From contig JAXLNO010000346.1 in the NCBI GenBank assembly GCA_038087875.1, forward strand, positions 124,001 through 183,593: DNA of 59,593 bases, given 5' to 3'. Origin of the DNA: Malacoraja senta (taxonomy: Eukaryota). The translations under genes were made by a program, and so were the position numbers. Under the pieces are notes generated by a model. The model saw nothing but the letters and a program-made list of their open reading frames with translations. It did not search any database and was not told where the DNA came from. Every line of letters starts with the position of its first letter. Position 1 is the first letter of the stretch. This document shows, piece after piece, positions 1 to 12,800 of the stretch.

Positions 1-1409
1 AAAAAGTAATAGGTGCCGTTTCGGATCCTTCCCGGCTGGTCTGAAGAAAGGTCTCGACCCGAAATGCCACCTTTTTCTTTTCTCCAGAGATGTTGTCTGA
101 CCCGCTGAGTTACTTCAGCTTTATGTGTCTATCTTTGGTATGAACTAGAATCTGCAGTTTAGTTTGGACACACAGCGTGGAAACAGGCCCTTCGGCCCAA
201 CGAGTCCAGGCCGACCAGCGATCCCTGCACATCAACTCTATCCTTCACACATTAGGGACAACTTTAAATTTTTCCCAGCCAATTAGCCTATAAACCTGAA
301 CATCTTTAGAGTGTGGGAGGAAACCGCAGCTCCCGAAGAAAACCCACAGGGAGAACGTACAAACTCCGTACAGACAGCACCCGTAGTCAGGATGAAACCC
401 GGTCTCTGGCGCTGTAACGCAGCAACTCTACCGCTGCGCCACCGTGCTGCCCCTACACATAGAACATAACAAGATGGGTGCTTGACGGTCATTGCCGACA
501 ATGTACGTGGAAGAGCCGGTGTGATTCTATGGGATAATATCACACTCCCCCACTGGGATATCAATCCAGCCTCTGTACTCTGACAAATTTAGCATTAACA
601 GAGTCAGACTGAAACACTCAATATCTGTGGAAGAAATTAATTTAGAGGGAAATTAAAGGAAAATGAAAAGCGGAGACTTCACAGGTTTGCTTCAAGAGAC
701 TTTATTGCATGATATCATGGACAGATGGTGGCAGTTAACTGCTCACCAGTTCTATGACTTCACAGCAGAATTAGCCGACAGTTATACTGTGCAGTAAACA
801 ACTTTTGTTTTTTCTTAGATACAACTACAAGAAAATATACTATCTACTACATATTTTTTTGCTTATGTCAATCTTATTCAACGACAGATGGTTAATACCA
901 GTCAAACACAACACACGGGCATCTTGACATTATTCTATCTCACCTTTTAGGCAGACCGTGCCACCATCCCCTCTCTGAGCCAATCATTAGCCCCCCATTG
1001 ACTGCAACGTATCTATGCTACTAGCGGTAGGGGGTGGTCGACTGTAATGCACTGCAGAGAGAAACAAGCTTCCTTATCTCTGTCGATTGTTTTATTTACG
1101 TAGTTCTTTTAACGCACTAAAAATATCTCCAGCATTCAGGGACGTTATCAAAGTAATTGACATGAACTGCCTTCGCAGTGATTCTGGAGATGACCTATAA
1201 CTTGGGTGGAGATGGTGCGTTTCAAGGAATGTCTTATAATGGGGTTTAAGGAGGCAACAGTGTCTGAGGGTGATCTGAAAGAGATATATCTGTTGATGAG
1301 AGACATAGAATGGAGACTCTCGCAATATCTTTAATTGGACTTTACTGAACTTTATCTGACGCTAAACATTATTCCCTTTATCCTGTATTTGTACACTGTG
1401 GACGGCTTA
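1..1409 (+). repeat. Stump of a third (upstream) copy of the duplicated unit, equivalent to intron 2 of the MULE-derived gene
   Basis: Colinear with 9740-11310 and 38990-40020 (e.g. gagtcagactgaaacactcaatatctgtggaag; ttatttacgtagttct...gacgctaaacattattcccttta). At 1409/1410 it switches abruptly to sequence matching 33923 onward. Confidence 0.85.
158..452 (-). mobile_element. tRNA-derived SINE (HE1/V-SINE-like)
   Basis: Minus strand begins gggcagcacggtggcgcagcggtagagttgct (A box) with a degenerate B box, and ends in a CR1-type tail gggccgaagggcctgtttccacgctg...aaactaaact. Confidence 0.75.
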
Positions 1410-2163
1410 CCACAACCCCAGGGATTGACCTCTAACCCTTGATCCTGGGGAATTGAAATCTGCCCACAAACACGGCTAGGTCACCAGTGCCATATAAATA
1501 CACGGCAAATCTTTCCAATTTCTGGGATTGATGTCCCGTCTAAATCCTGACCCACTGTTCTCGCAAATTGAGAATCGCCCTGTCTCCAAATTGTCCATCT
1601 CTTAACCCCAATGTCATAGTAGAACTTTTCAAACCTTTCGTCTTTTTTTTCCTTCTCTAGCCTTTGTCTAACCATCTGCCTATCAAAACCCTCCCTCGCC
1701 TGTGTTCACCTCTTACCTTCTGCTCTTTGCCCTGCTCCTCCTCCCTTCCAGATTTCTTCCCTCCATCCCTACAAATATTGTGAGGAAGGATCCCGACCCG
1801 AAACATCACCTATGTACCTATGTATTGAATGTAACATCTCCAAGTTTGCAGAAAACACAAAGCTGGGTGGCAGTGTGAGGTGCGAGGAGGATGCTATGTG
1901 GATGCAGGGTGACTTGGATAGGTTGGGTGAGTGGACAGATGCATGGCAGGTGCAGTATAATGTGGATAAATGTGACATTATCCACTGGTGGCAAGAACAA
2001 GAAGGCAGATTGTTATCTGAATGGTGTCAGGTTAGGAAAACGGGAGGCGCAACGAGACCTGGGTGTCCTTGTACATCAGTCACAGAAAGTAAGCTTGCAG
2101 GTACAGTAGGCAGTGAAGAAAGCAAATGGCATGTTGGCTTTCATAGCTGGAGGATTTGAGTAT

Positions 2164-3126
2164 AATAATAATAATAATTCATTTTATTTACTGGCGCCTT
2201 TCTAAAACCCAAGGACACCTTACAAGGCATAGAATCACAAAAAATACAAAACACATAATCGGAAAAAATTAAATATAAAAACACCACAGTACACAAATCA
2301 AGGACAGAATTCAATTTCAAAAGCACAAAAAGAAAATAAGAAACACAATTTGAGGAGAGAGCAGCGGCGACCAATTCGCGCCAGCGTCCACTCTCCCCTC
2401 CGACCGCCATCTTGCACACAGACTAACAGGCACAGCACGCAAAAATCATCCCCCCACAATGACCACCACTGTGGGGGAAGGCACAATGTCCAGTCCCCAA
2501 CCCAGTTCTCCCCAGAGTCAGGCCCATCGAGGCCGCCACAGTTGCCTCTACGGAGGCCCGATGTTCCTGGCCGTCGGGAGAGTCCTCGCAGCGGCTGGAA
2601 CGGCCGGTTTCCCAGCGGAGTCGATGGTACCTGAAGCCGACAGGGCCGCGCTGATTTGGAGCCACGAGGCTCCCGATGTTGGAGTCGGCGCCGCCGCCCG
2701 CGGCTGGTCGCTCCGCAGTCCCGCAGCCCGGAGGTGTTGATGTCGGCCGTCACTGCATACCGGAGCTCCAGCGCGTCGACCCAGCGCGGCGACCCAGGCA
2801 AGGCATCGCCCGCTCCGCTCCACGATAGCGCTCCAGCGCTGTGCCGCCACCGAAGCTGAAGGTGCTGGGCGGTCCCCGTCAGGAAACGGCGCTCCATGCC
2901 CGCTGGTAGGCCACGAGGACGGGTCGACGAGGCAGCCTGGAGAAAAAGCTGCCTCACCGACCAGGTAGGGACCCAGAAGTAGTTTCCCCCTTACCCCCCC
3001 CCCCACATTAAAAGTCAAAATCCCCCAAACAAACAAAGAAATAAAAAAGCTAAAACTGAAGAAAAAAGTGAATTTGACGGACGGCTGCTGTTTAGCAGCC
3101 GTTCCTCCAAGATGGCGGCTCCTCAA
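2164..3126 (-). mobile_element. GC-rich non-autonomous retroposon (~960 bp) with (ATT)n tail
   Basis: Absent from the paralogous site (34670 gagtataggagcaa). Flanked by agtat on both sides. The minus-strand 3' end is gtccttgggttttagaaaggcgccagtaaataaaatgaattattattatt, L2-like by eye. No credible ORF. Confidence 0.75.
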
Positions 3127-3168
3127 GTATGGGAGCAAGGAATTCCTCAAGTATGGGAGCAAGGAATT
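3121..3168 (+). repeat. Exact 24-bp tandem duplication at the insertion junction
   Basis: cctcaagtatgggagcaaggaatt x2. Confidence 0.95.
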
Positions 3169-3914
3169 CCTACTGCAGTTGTACAGGGACCTGGTGAGAC
3201 CACAACTGGATTATTGTGTGCAGTTTTGGTCACCTAATTTGAGGAAGGACATTCTTACTATTGAGAGGGTGCAACGTAGGTTCACCAGGTTAATTCCAGG
3301 GATGGCGGGACTGACATATGATGAAAGAATGGATCGACTGTGCTTATATTCACTGGAATTTAGAAGGATGAGAGGGCATCTTATAGAAACATATAAAGTT
3401 CATAATGAATTGGATAGGCCAGGTGCAGGAAATATGTTTCCAATGTTGGGGGAGTTCAGAACCAGGGGTCACAGTTTGAGAATACTGTGGCCATTTAGGA
3501 CTGAGATGAGGAAAAGCTTTTTCAGCCAGAGAGTTGTGAATCTCGAATTCTCTGCCACAGAAGGAAGTGGAGGCCAATTCGCTGGATGTTTTCAAGGGAG
3601 TTAAATATAGCTCTTAGCACTAATGGGATAGAGGGATATGGGAAGAAAGCAGGAACAGGGTACTGATTGTGGATGATTAGCCATGATCATATTGAATGGC
3701 AGTGCTGGCTCGAAGGGCCAAATAGCCTACTCCTGCACCTATTTTCTATGTTTCTATACAAGTTCTCCAGAGATGCTGCCTGACCCACTGAGTTACTGCA
3801 GCACTTTGTGTATTTTTTCCCCATTGAATTACACTCTGCTGACTCATGGTTGACTGCCAACCGAAAATATCTTTCTGTCCCCGATCCTCGCAATTGCTCC
3901 CAGTCCCAGTCTGG

Positions 3915-4604
3915 GTCGATGGTTGAAAGGGTCAAGAGTTTTAAATTCCTGGGCATGCACATCTCTGAAGATCTTTCCAGGTCCGAGAACGCTGATGCTA
4001 CTATTAAGAAAGCACATCAGCGCCTCTACTTCCTGAGAAGATTACGGAGAGTCGGTTTGTCAAGGAGGACTCTCCCTAACTTCTACAGGTGCACAGTAGA
4101 GAGCATCGTGGCTTGGTTCGGCAACTTGAGCGCCCTGGAGAGGAAAAGACTACAAAGAGTAGTAAACACTGCCCAGTCCATCATCGGCTCTGACCTCCCT
4201 TCCATCGAGTGGATCTATCGCAGTCGCTGCCTCAAAAAGGCTGGCAGTATCATCAAGGACCCACACCATCCTGGCCACACACTCATCTCCCTGCTACCTT
4301 CAGGTAGAAGGTACAGGAGCCTGAAGACTGCAATGACCAGGTTCAGGAATAGCTACTTCCCTACAGCCATCAGGCTATTAAACTTGGCTCGGACAAAACT
4401 ATGAACATTAATAGCCCATTATCTGTTATTTGCACTTTATCAGTTTATTTATTCATGTGTGTATATATTTATATAATGATATATGGACACACTGATCTGT
4501 TTTGTAGTCAATGCCTTCTATGTTCTGTTGTGCTGAAGCAAAGCAAGAATTTCATTGTCCTATCAGGGACACATGACAATAAACTCACTTGAACTTGAAC
4601 TTGA
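3915..4604 (+). mobile_element. Rex1/Babar-type LINE 3' fragment (RT C-terminal/DUF1891-like region)
   Basis: VERVKSFKFLGMHISEDLS..KKAHQRLYFLRRLRR..FYRCTVESI..HPGHTLISLLPSGRRYRS..RFRNSYFPTAIRLLN; aataaa then (cttgaa)n tail. Absent at the paralogous site 35284. Confidence 0.88.
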
Positions 4605-4910
4605 ATTTCCCATCCCACCCCCCCCCTCCCCCAAGTCCCCAATCCCCTGGACTCCACTATCACAGGTGTATAATCCCCTCTGCTCCATATCCCAGGGATT
4701 TGGCTAGGGCATATTGGTCGAGTTGGGCTGAGGGGCCAATTTCCATGGTGTATGATTCTATGACTTAAGCGGTGCAGTGAGGTAAAGGTTAGAGGAAGAA
4801 AAACTAACGGATGCTATTGCCAGCAGTCAATAAGGATAAGATCTGGATGGGATGAGATTGTGGATTGTTCGTGGAGATTCATTGGATTGCAAACTCCATA
4901 AATACACCCT

Positions 4911-5170
4911 GGTGGCACAGCGGTAGAGGTGCTGCCTTACAGTGCTTGCAGCGACAGAGATCCAGGTTCGATCCCGACTACGGTTTGTTCTGTACAGAGT
5001 TTGTACATTCTCTCTGTGACCGCGTGAGCTTTCTCCGAGATCTTCGGTTTCCTCCCACACTACAGGTTGTGCAGGTTTGCAGGTTAATTAGCTTCTGTAA
5101 AATTGTAAATTGTCCCAGCATGTAGGATAGTGCTAGTATATGGGGTGATCGCTGGTTGGGGCAGACTTAG
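4911..5170 (+). mobile_element. tRNA-derived SINE (HE1-like)
   Basis: A box tggcacagcgg (4913-4923), B box ggttcgatccc (4965-4975), then the core gagtttgtacattctc...cggtttcctcccacac. Confidence 0.8.
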
Positions 5171-5847
5171 GTCTTTATTCTTTGGAGCGCAGAAGGTTAA
5201 GGGGGGACTTGATAGAAGTCTTTAAAATGATGAGCAGGTTAGACAGAGTTGACGTGGATAAGCTTTTCCCATTGAGAGTAGGGAAGATTCAAACAAGGGG
5301 ACATGACTTGAGAATTAAGGGACAGAAGTTTAGGGGGAACTTCTTTACTCAGAGAGTGGTAGCTGTGTGGAATGAGCTCCAGTGGAAGTGGTGGAGGCAG
5401 GTTCGATTTTATCCTTTAAAAATAGATTTGATGGGTATATGGACGGGAAAGGAATGGAGGGATATGGTCTGAGTGCAGGTAGATGGGACTAGGGGGAAGG
5501 AGGAAGGTAGAAGAAAGAAGGAGAAAAAAAAAAAATAAGAAGTGTTCGGCACGGACTTGAAGGGCCGAGATGGCCTGTTTCTGTGCTGTAATGGTTATAT
5601 GGTTATATGACTTGATGGGCTGACGGGCCTGTTTCCGTGCTGTATCTCTGATGTCTAAAGTAAACTGTAAAGACAGCATCCGAGCAAAGGATCGATCCCG
5701 GGTCTCTGGCGCTGTGAGGCAGTGACTCTACAGTTGCGCCACCGTGCCATTCTTGAACTCTATGAGAAGTTCTGATCCGTTCTACCTTGGCTGACCTGCA
5801 GCTGCTGCCTGTGGTCTATTCTCAATGCCCGCTCTCCAGTCTGCCAA

Positions 5848-6519
5848 TGAAAAAGGTTAACTTATAATTAAACAAACAGGTTCACTTCTTAATAAACAGA
5901 CAACTCACAAAGCGGTTTGGAAGACCAATTCAAAACTTTACTAATTATCGGCCGATGGAAGTGGCAAGGATAACCCCAGCCAAGTGAGCAACATGGACTC
6001 TTAGCTCTCCTTACTCCACTTCCCTGAACACAGAATTACATGGTATTATATACTGTTCCTTTGTCATTGAAGCACATTGAAAAGACATTAGTCATGGTCA
6101 GAGGTACAGTAAATACACATTGCTACAGGATGCGTCCGAGTTTGTCTCTTGTCAATCATCAGTTGCATATCAAAGGCATCCAGTCACTGCACACCTCAAA
6201 GACATTGGACATTGTCTCAATACCCCTCACTGGGATTAATCTGGGCTTCCTCTCTCATTAATTGGTAGACGCATTTCAAAGTCATCGGTCATTATCTCAA
6301 TATACGTTAACTGGAGGCAAGCCTGGGCTTGTTCAATACAGAGTCCCTTGAGCACATTAGTGATTGTCTGAATGCACAGCAAACTGGGGGGAGTCTGGGC
6401 TTGTCTTTCTGTATCAATCTACTGGAGAAAAGCCTGCTTTGAGACTAAATATAAGTTGTAACCTAGTCCAGAAATCCATAATATATTTTTTACATTTTTA
6501 ACAGCATTCAGCCTTATCA
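5848..6519 (-). mobile_element. Solo LTR (672 bp) inserted in the 5'UTR part of the start exon of gene copy 1
   Basis: TG...CA termini with imperfect terminal inverted repeats (tgaaaaaggtt / tgataaggct); 4-bp TSD CCAA (5844-5847, 6520-6523); minus-strand TATATAA near 6050 and a downstream agtaaa near 5940. The empty site tctgccaactccatc is at 35391. Confidence 0.85.
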
Positions 6520-6546
6520 CCAACTCCATCTGATGCGCGTGCAGCC

Positions 6547-6803
6547 ATGACCCAGGTGGCGGGTTTCCGAGTGGGCGCCGAGTTCTCGAGCTACAGTGAG
6601 ATGCACCGGGAGTTCCGGCGCTACCAGAGGGACAACTCCGTGCAGATGTGGACCAAGCACTCGCGGACCATCGAGGCGCAGCGGCGACGGGCACCCAAGC
6701 GCCCGATGAACGATGCGCTGAAGTTTGCCGAGATCGACTATGCGTGTATTCATGGCGGCAAGTTATTCAAGACCAAAAGATTCGGCAAATGGCCAATCAA
6801 GAG
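6547..6803 (+). CDS. Copy 1 coding exon 1 (N-terminal DNA-binding region)
   Basis: gcagccATG; MTQVAGFRVGAEFSSYSE...SRTIEAQRRRAPKR...EIDYACIHGG; donor AG|gtgagg at 6804. Confidence 0.85.
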
Positions 6804-9800
6804 GTGAGGAAATACTTGCAGGAGCAGCACAGGGGCGCAGCTAGTAGACCCGCTGTCTCACAATGCCGGAGATCCCGGTTCGATCCTGACCTCGGGTGCT
6901 CTCCATGTGTGGAGTTTGCACGTCCTCTCATGTGACCAGCTGTGTTTCTTCTGTGTGCTTCAGTTTCCTCCCATTTCCAAAACATGTGCGGGTTTCTTGG
7001 TTAATTGGCCCTCTGTAAATCGTCCCGAATGTGTAGGGAGTGGATGACATGGAACATGGAATACCCCTGCTCCTGTTATTTAAAGATGTTTTTTTCCTTT
7101 TAAATGCAATTATATAAGTTGATCCGGGTAGTTAGTTTTGTTTCGAATTACAGCATGGAAACAGGCCTCTCGGCCCACCGGGTCCACACCGACCATCAAT
7201 CATCCATTCACCCTAGTTCTATGCTATACCACTTTCTACACACTGGGGGCAATCCACTCTCTCTGTCCCCCCCTCTCTCTCTCCCCGCCTCTCTTCCCGC
7301 TTTCCCTCTCACTCTCTCTCCCCCCTTTCTCTCTCTCCACCTCCTCTCTCTCTCCACCCCCTCTCTCTCTCCACCCCCTCTCTCCCCCCTCTCTCTCGGA
7401 TGCGGTATTATCCATGTTTTCCCACCTTGCCATCCACTGCCTACACACTCGGGACAATTTACAATTTGATAGTTTGTGTTTTATGGTTCACAGACTGGAT
7501 TGATATCCCAGTGGGGGAGTGTGATATTATCCCATTAAATCACACAGGCTCTTCCATCTACAGAGCCTGCAATGACCATCAAGCACCCAGCTTGTTATGT
7601 ACTATGTGTAGTTAGGAACTACAGATGCTGGTTTACACTGAAGATAGACACAAAATGTTGAATTTTGGGTTTGTCACCCATCTTCAGACTGAGAGTCAGG
7701 GGAGAGGGAAACTAGAAGCTTCCCCCACCCTCGACGTTCTATTAATTTCACTGTCGTCTTGCTTAGTTTCACTGTTTGTATCTACTTGTTATCATCTTCA
7801 CCACAGCCAACAATGGACCATTGTGGGCTCCACCTTTCCTTTATCATCGCTGCTGGCTTTGATTTGTTTCTTCAATCAATCAATATTTCAATATTTATTC
7901 CATGTCATTTGAACCTCAGTGAGGCTCAAACGAAACTTTGTTTCCACAGCCATACAAACAAAACAATTCCTACAAGACACACAAACAATTCAATTCACAC
8001 AAACATCCATCACAGTGAATCTCCTCCTCACTGTGATGGAAGGCAAAGTCTTTTCTCTCCCCTGCACCATTTTTCTCCCGATGTTGTAGCCCCAGGCGGG
8101 CGTTGGTAAGTCCCACGGCCATTTAAGGCCGCGCTGGGCGATGTACGGCCCCGCTCCAGGTCTAAATGTCACAGAGTTGGAGCCCGGCGGGCGTTGGAAT
8201 GTCCCGTGGCCATTAAAGCCGTGCCAGGCGATGTACGGCCCCGCTCCGGGTCGTTCCAACCCCGCGACACGGGCTGGAGAAGTTGCGTTGCGGGAGCTCC
8301 GAAAAGCGGTCTCCCACCCGGACCCGCGAGCTCCCGATGTCACAGTCCACCGGCCTGCAGCTGGAGCCTCCGAGCTCCGGAGTCGGGCCGCGGCAGCGAG
8401 CCACCACCGCTCCCAACGCTCCGAGGCCGGCCAGCTCCACGATGGTGAGTCCGCAGGCTCCGCGACTGGAGCCCCCAGGTCATTCCAGTTGGAGGCTGCT
8501 CCACGGTGCTAGGCCCCAACGACAACGGAGACCCGACAGGGAAATGTTCGGGTCTCCCGTGCAGGGACAAGATTTTAAAAGTTTCCCCCACCCCTCACAT
8601 ATACACAGTTAAAAACAGTATTAAAAAAACACGACAACTACATTTAACTAGACAAAAAATTAAAAAAAGAAAGACAGGCTCTAGGCCCCACCGGGGGCTC
8701 CAACTTTGTGTCATACCTTTTCATACCTTTGTGACATACCTTTTATTCATTTGTTCTTTGTACCCCTTCATCCCCTAGTTCCCTCTCCCCTGACTCTCAG
8801 TCTGATAAAGGGTCCCAACCCGAAATGTCACCTATTCCTTTTCTCCAGAGATGCTGCGTGACTCGCTGAGTTACTCCAGTATTTTGTGTCCATCTCCTTT
8901 GTTATGTACTATGTTATCTTACACCAATTCTGCATGAATCACATTTTATCGCAGCTGTTGCTTCAAGTCCCCCCAGTTTGTGAAGGAGTTTATTATCAGT
9001 CAAAGGGCATTCATTCAGCACACCATCTTGTCTTCCCACTTACACTGCTCGATGGCCAATGTAAATCTAATATTTCTGGTGGATTCTGTGATGATTGTAA
9101 AATATAGCCATACACTGCTGGTCTGAATCATCCTACCACAAGCAGAGAGCAGTCCTGAACTGCCATCTTCCTCATTGGTGACCCTCGGACTATCTTTGTT
9201 ATTCCCTTATCATGTATCTATACACTGTAAATGGCTCGATTGTAATCATGTATAGTCTTCCCACTGACTGGTTAGCATGCAACAAAAGCTTTTCACTGTA
9301 CCTCGGTACACGTGACAATAAACTAAACTAAACAAAACTGAATGAAGACAAAAATGCTGGAGAAGCTCAGCTGGTGAGGCAGCATCTATGGAACAAAGAA
9401 AATAGGTAACATTTCGGGTCTAAACCCTTCTTCAGACTGAAGAAAACTGAAGAAGGGTCTCTATCAGAAGCGTCACCTATTCCTTTTCTCCAGAGATGAT
9501 GCCGGACCCGCTGAGTTACTCCAGCATTTTGTGTCTATCGACTGCTGGTCTTAACCCAGTTGGCTTACACACTACCTCCCACTGTCTTTTTCAGAATCAA
9601 CAAGATGAAGTGTCCCTGTGTCATTAAAGTCCGTCTTTCTGCAGATGGAGACAAGTTTGTGGTGAAAGTGATAAATGAATCGCATAACCACACAGTGCCG
9701 CAGGTAAAAGCAGAACACACGTGTGTGTGTGTGTGTGTGTGTGTTTCGGATCCTTCCCAGTTGGTCTGAAGAAAGGTCTCGATCCGAAATCTCACCTTTT

Positions 9801-12800
9801 TCTTTTCTCCAGAGATATTGTCTGACCCGCCGAGTTACTTCAGCTTCATGTGTCTAACTTTGGTGTAAACTACAATCTGCAGTTTAGTTTACACACACAG
9901 CGTGGAAACCTGCCCTTCGGCCCACCGAGTCCAGGCCGACCAGCGATCCCTGCACATCAACGCCGTGCTACACACATTAGGGACAACTTTCGATTTTTCC
10001 CAGCCAATTAGCCTTTAAACCTGAACATCTTTAGAGTGTGGGAGAAAACGACAGCTCCCGAAGAAAACCCATGGGGAGAAAGTACAAACTCCGTACAGAC
10101 AGCACCCGTAGTCAGGATGCTGCAACTCTACCGCTGCACCACCGTGCTGCCCCTACACATAGGTGGAAAAGCCGGTGTGATTCTATGGGATAATATCACA
10201 CTCCCCCACTGGGATATCAATCCAGCCTCTGAACTCTGGCAAATTTAGCATTAACAGAGTCAGACTGAAACACTCAATATCTGTGGAAGAAATTAAGATA
10301 GAGGGAAATTAAAGGAAAATGAAAAGCGGAGACTTCACAGGTTTGCTTCGACAGACTTTATTGTATGATATCATGGACAGGGGGCGGCAGTTAACTGCTC
10401 ACCAGTTGTCTGACTTCACAGCAGAATTAGCCGACAGTTATACTGTGCAGTAAACAACTTTTGTTTTTCTTAGATTCAACTACACGAAAATATACTATCT
10501 ATGACATGGGTACCAATTGTTTCATTAGTCATAATGTACTTTTTTTGCTTATGTCAATCTTATTCAACAACAGATGGTTAATACCAGTCAAACACAATAC
10601 ACGGGCATCTTGACATTATTCTATCTCACCTTCCAGGCTGACCGTGCCACCATCCCCTCTCTGAGCCAATCATAAGCCCCCCATTTAGTGCAACGTATCT
10701 ACGCTACTAGCGGTTGACGGTGGTCGACGGTGACACACTGCAGAGAGAAACGAGCTTCCTTATCTCCGTCGACTATCTCATGTTTACATTTACCATCCCA
10801 TTCATAGACAAGAGGTAATAGGTCTAATCGTACTTTGCCGATTCCCACGAACCTCTTCTACACCTGGTCAACGAGAGATGCCAATTGTCATCCAAACACC
10901 CTTTCATTACCTTGTTGAATTCCAATCAAAATTAAGTAAGAAAGGATATTAATGTTTTCTTCCACAATATCACTAGTAATTTCTCTTACAGTAACAAGTT
11001 TTATTTACGTAGTTCTTCTAATGCACTGAAAATATCTCCAGCATTCAGGGACGTTATCAAAGTAATTGATGTGAACTGCCTTAGCAGGGATTCTGGAGAT
11101 GACCTATAACTTGGGTGGAGATGGTGCGTTTCAAGAAATGTCTTATAATGGGGTTTAAGGAGGCAAGAGTGTCTGAGGGTGATCTGAAAGAGGTATATCT
11201 GTTCATGAGAGGCATAGAATGGAGACCCTCGCACTATCTTTAATTGGACTTTACTGGACTTTATCTGACGCTAAACATTATTCCCTTTATCCTGCATCTG
11301 TACACTGTGGATACAAAAATCCGGAGGAACTCAGCAGGTCAGACAGCATCTCTGGAGAAAAGGAATAGGAGACATTTCGGGTCAACACCCTTCTTCAGAC
11401 CTAGAGAAAAGGAATATATGACGTTTTGGGGCGAGACCCCTCTTCAGACCAGAAAAGGAATAGGTGATGTTTTGGGTCGAGAGCCTTCTTCAGATTGATG
11501 CTTCCTGACCCGCTGAATTACTCCAGCTTTTTGTATTTATCTTCGGTTTAAAGCAGCATCTGCAGTTCCTCCCTACACATTTCGACTGTGTCTGTGACTG
11601 TGGGCGGCTTGATTGTAATCATGGATAGTCTTTCCGCGGACTGGATAGCACGCAACAAAAAAGCTTTTTGTTACACGTGACAAGCAACTAGACTAAACTA
11701 GATGGGGAAGATGTTCCAAATGTTTTTCCCATGGTAGTTGTGGAGGTGGAGAGACACATAGATGGAGAAAGTTCCATATAGCTGCTAAAGGAATAGTCAA
11801 TTGCAAGGGATTAAAATTCAGGAATGGGCTAGGGCCAGAGGTAGAGAGATTTTGTATTATATATATATGACCTGGACGTAAATGTAGATGGGTTGGTGAG
11901 TAAGTTTACTAATGACACAAATTAGGAGTTGCAGACAGCGAGAAATGCTGTCAGAAGATAGCAGAACATAGACCAGCTGCAGAAAGGGGCAGAGAAATGG
12001 CAGATGGAGTTTAACCCGAGCAAGTGTGAGGTGACGCACTTTGAGAGGAGAGTATACAGTTAATGGCATGACCCTTAACAGCATTGATATGCAGAGGGAT
12101 CTTGCAGTCCAAGTCCATAGCTCACTGAAGGAGGCATCACAAGTAGATAGGGTAGTTAAGAAGATGTCATAAGAGATAGGAGCAGAATTAGGCCATTCAG
12201 CCTATTGTCTATTCCGCCATTCATTCATGGATGATCTCTCTCCCTCCTAACCCCATTCTCCAGCCTTCTCCCCATAACCCCTGACACCTCTGCCAATCAA
12301 CAATCCATCGATCTCTGCCATCAAAATATCCATTGACGGCCGCCACAGCCTTCTGTGGCAAAGAATTCCATTGATTCACCACCCTGTGACTAAAGAAATT
12401 CCTCCTCCTCTCCTTCCAAAAGGAAAGTCCTTTAATTCTGAGGCGATGGCCTTTAGTCCGACACTCTCCCACTAGTGGAAACATCCTCTCCATCCAAGCC
12501 TTTCACTACTCGATACGTTTCAATGAGGCCCCCCCCCCTGATTCTTCTAAACTCTAGCGAGTACAGGCCTGGTGCCGTCAAACGCGCATCATATGTTAAC
12601 CAGTATGGGTTAAGCGTATGGTATGCTTGTCTACTGTGCTATGGGGTATTGACTATAAGAGTCAGCAAGTCATGATGCAGCTCTCTAGCACTTTAGTTAG
12701 ACTGCATTTGGAGTATTACGTGTAGTTCTTGTCGCCCCATTACAGGAGAGATGTGGAGGCTTTGGACAGGGTGCAGAGGAGGTTTACCAGAATGCTCCCT

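Larger units (their letters stand above)
1811..3760 (+). mobile_element. Degenerate 5'-truncated CR1-clade LINE (RT C-terminus and tail), interrupted by an insertion at 2164-3126
   Basis: Translations NISKFAENTKLGG, LVRPQLDYCVQFWSP, RVQRRFTRLIPG, RTRGHSL; tail gcctactcctgcacctattttctatgtt. The uninterrupted paralog is at 34320-35130. Confidence 0.9.

Noticed and set aside
1092..1325. 77-85-aa ORF recurring at 1092, 11001 and 39684
   Set aside because: The recurrence is explained by the segmental duplication; no ATG start, and no recognisable domain or splice support.
2298..3162. 200+-aa ORFs on both strands of GC-rich inserts (also 7990-8612, 31808-32441)
   Set aside because: Expected in high-GC sequence; no domain motifs, and the frames overlap in all directions.
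4911..4990. tRNA gene suggested by A/B boxes
   Set aside because: It continues into the SINE core and tail; no complete cloverleaf.
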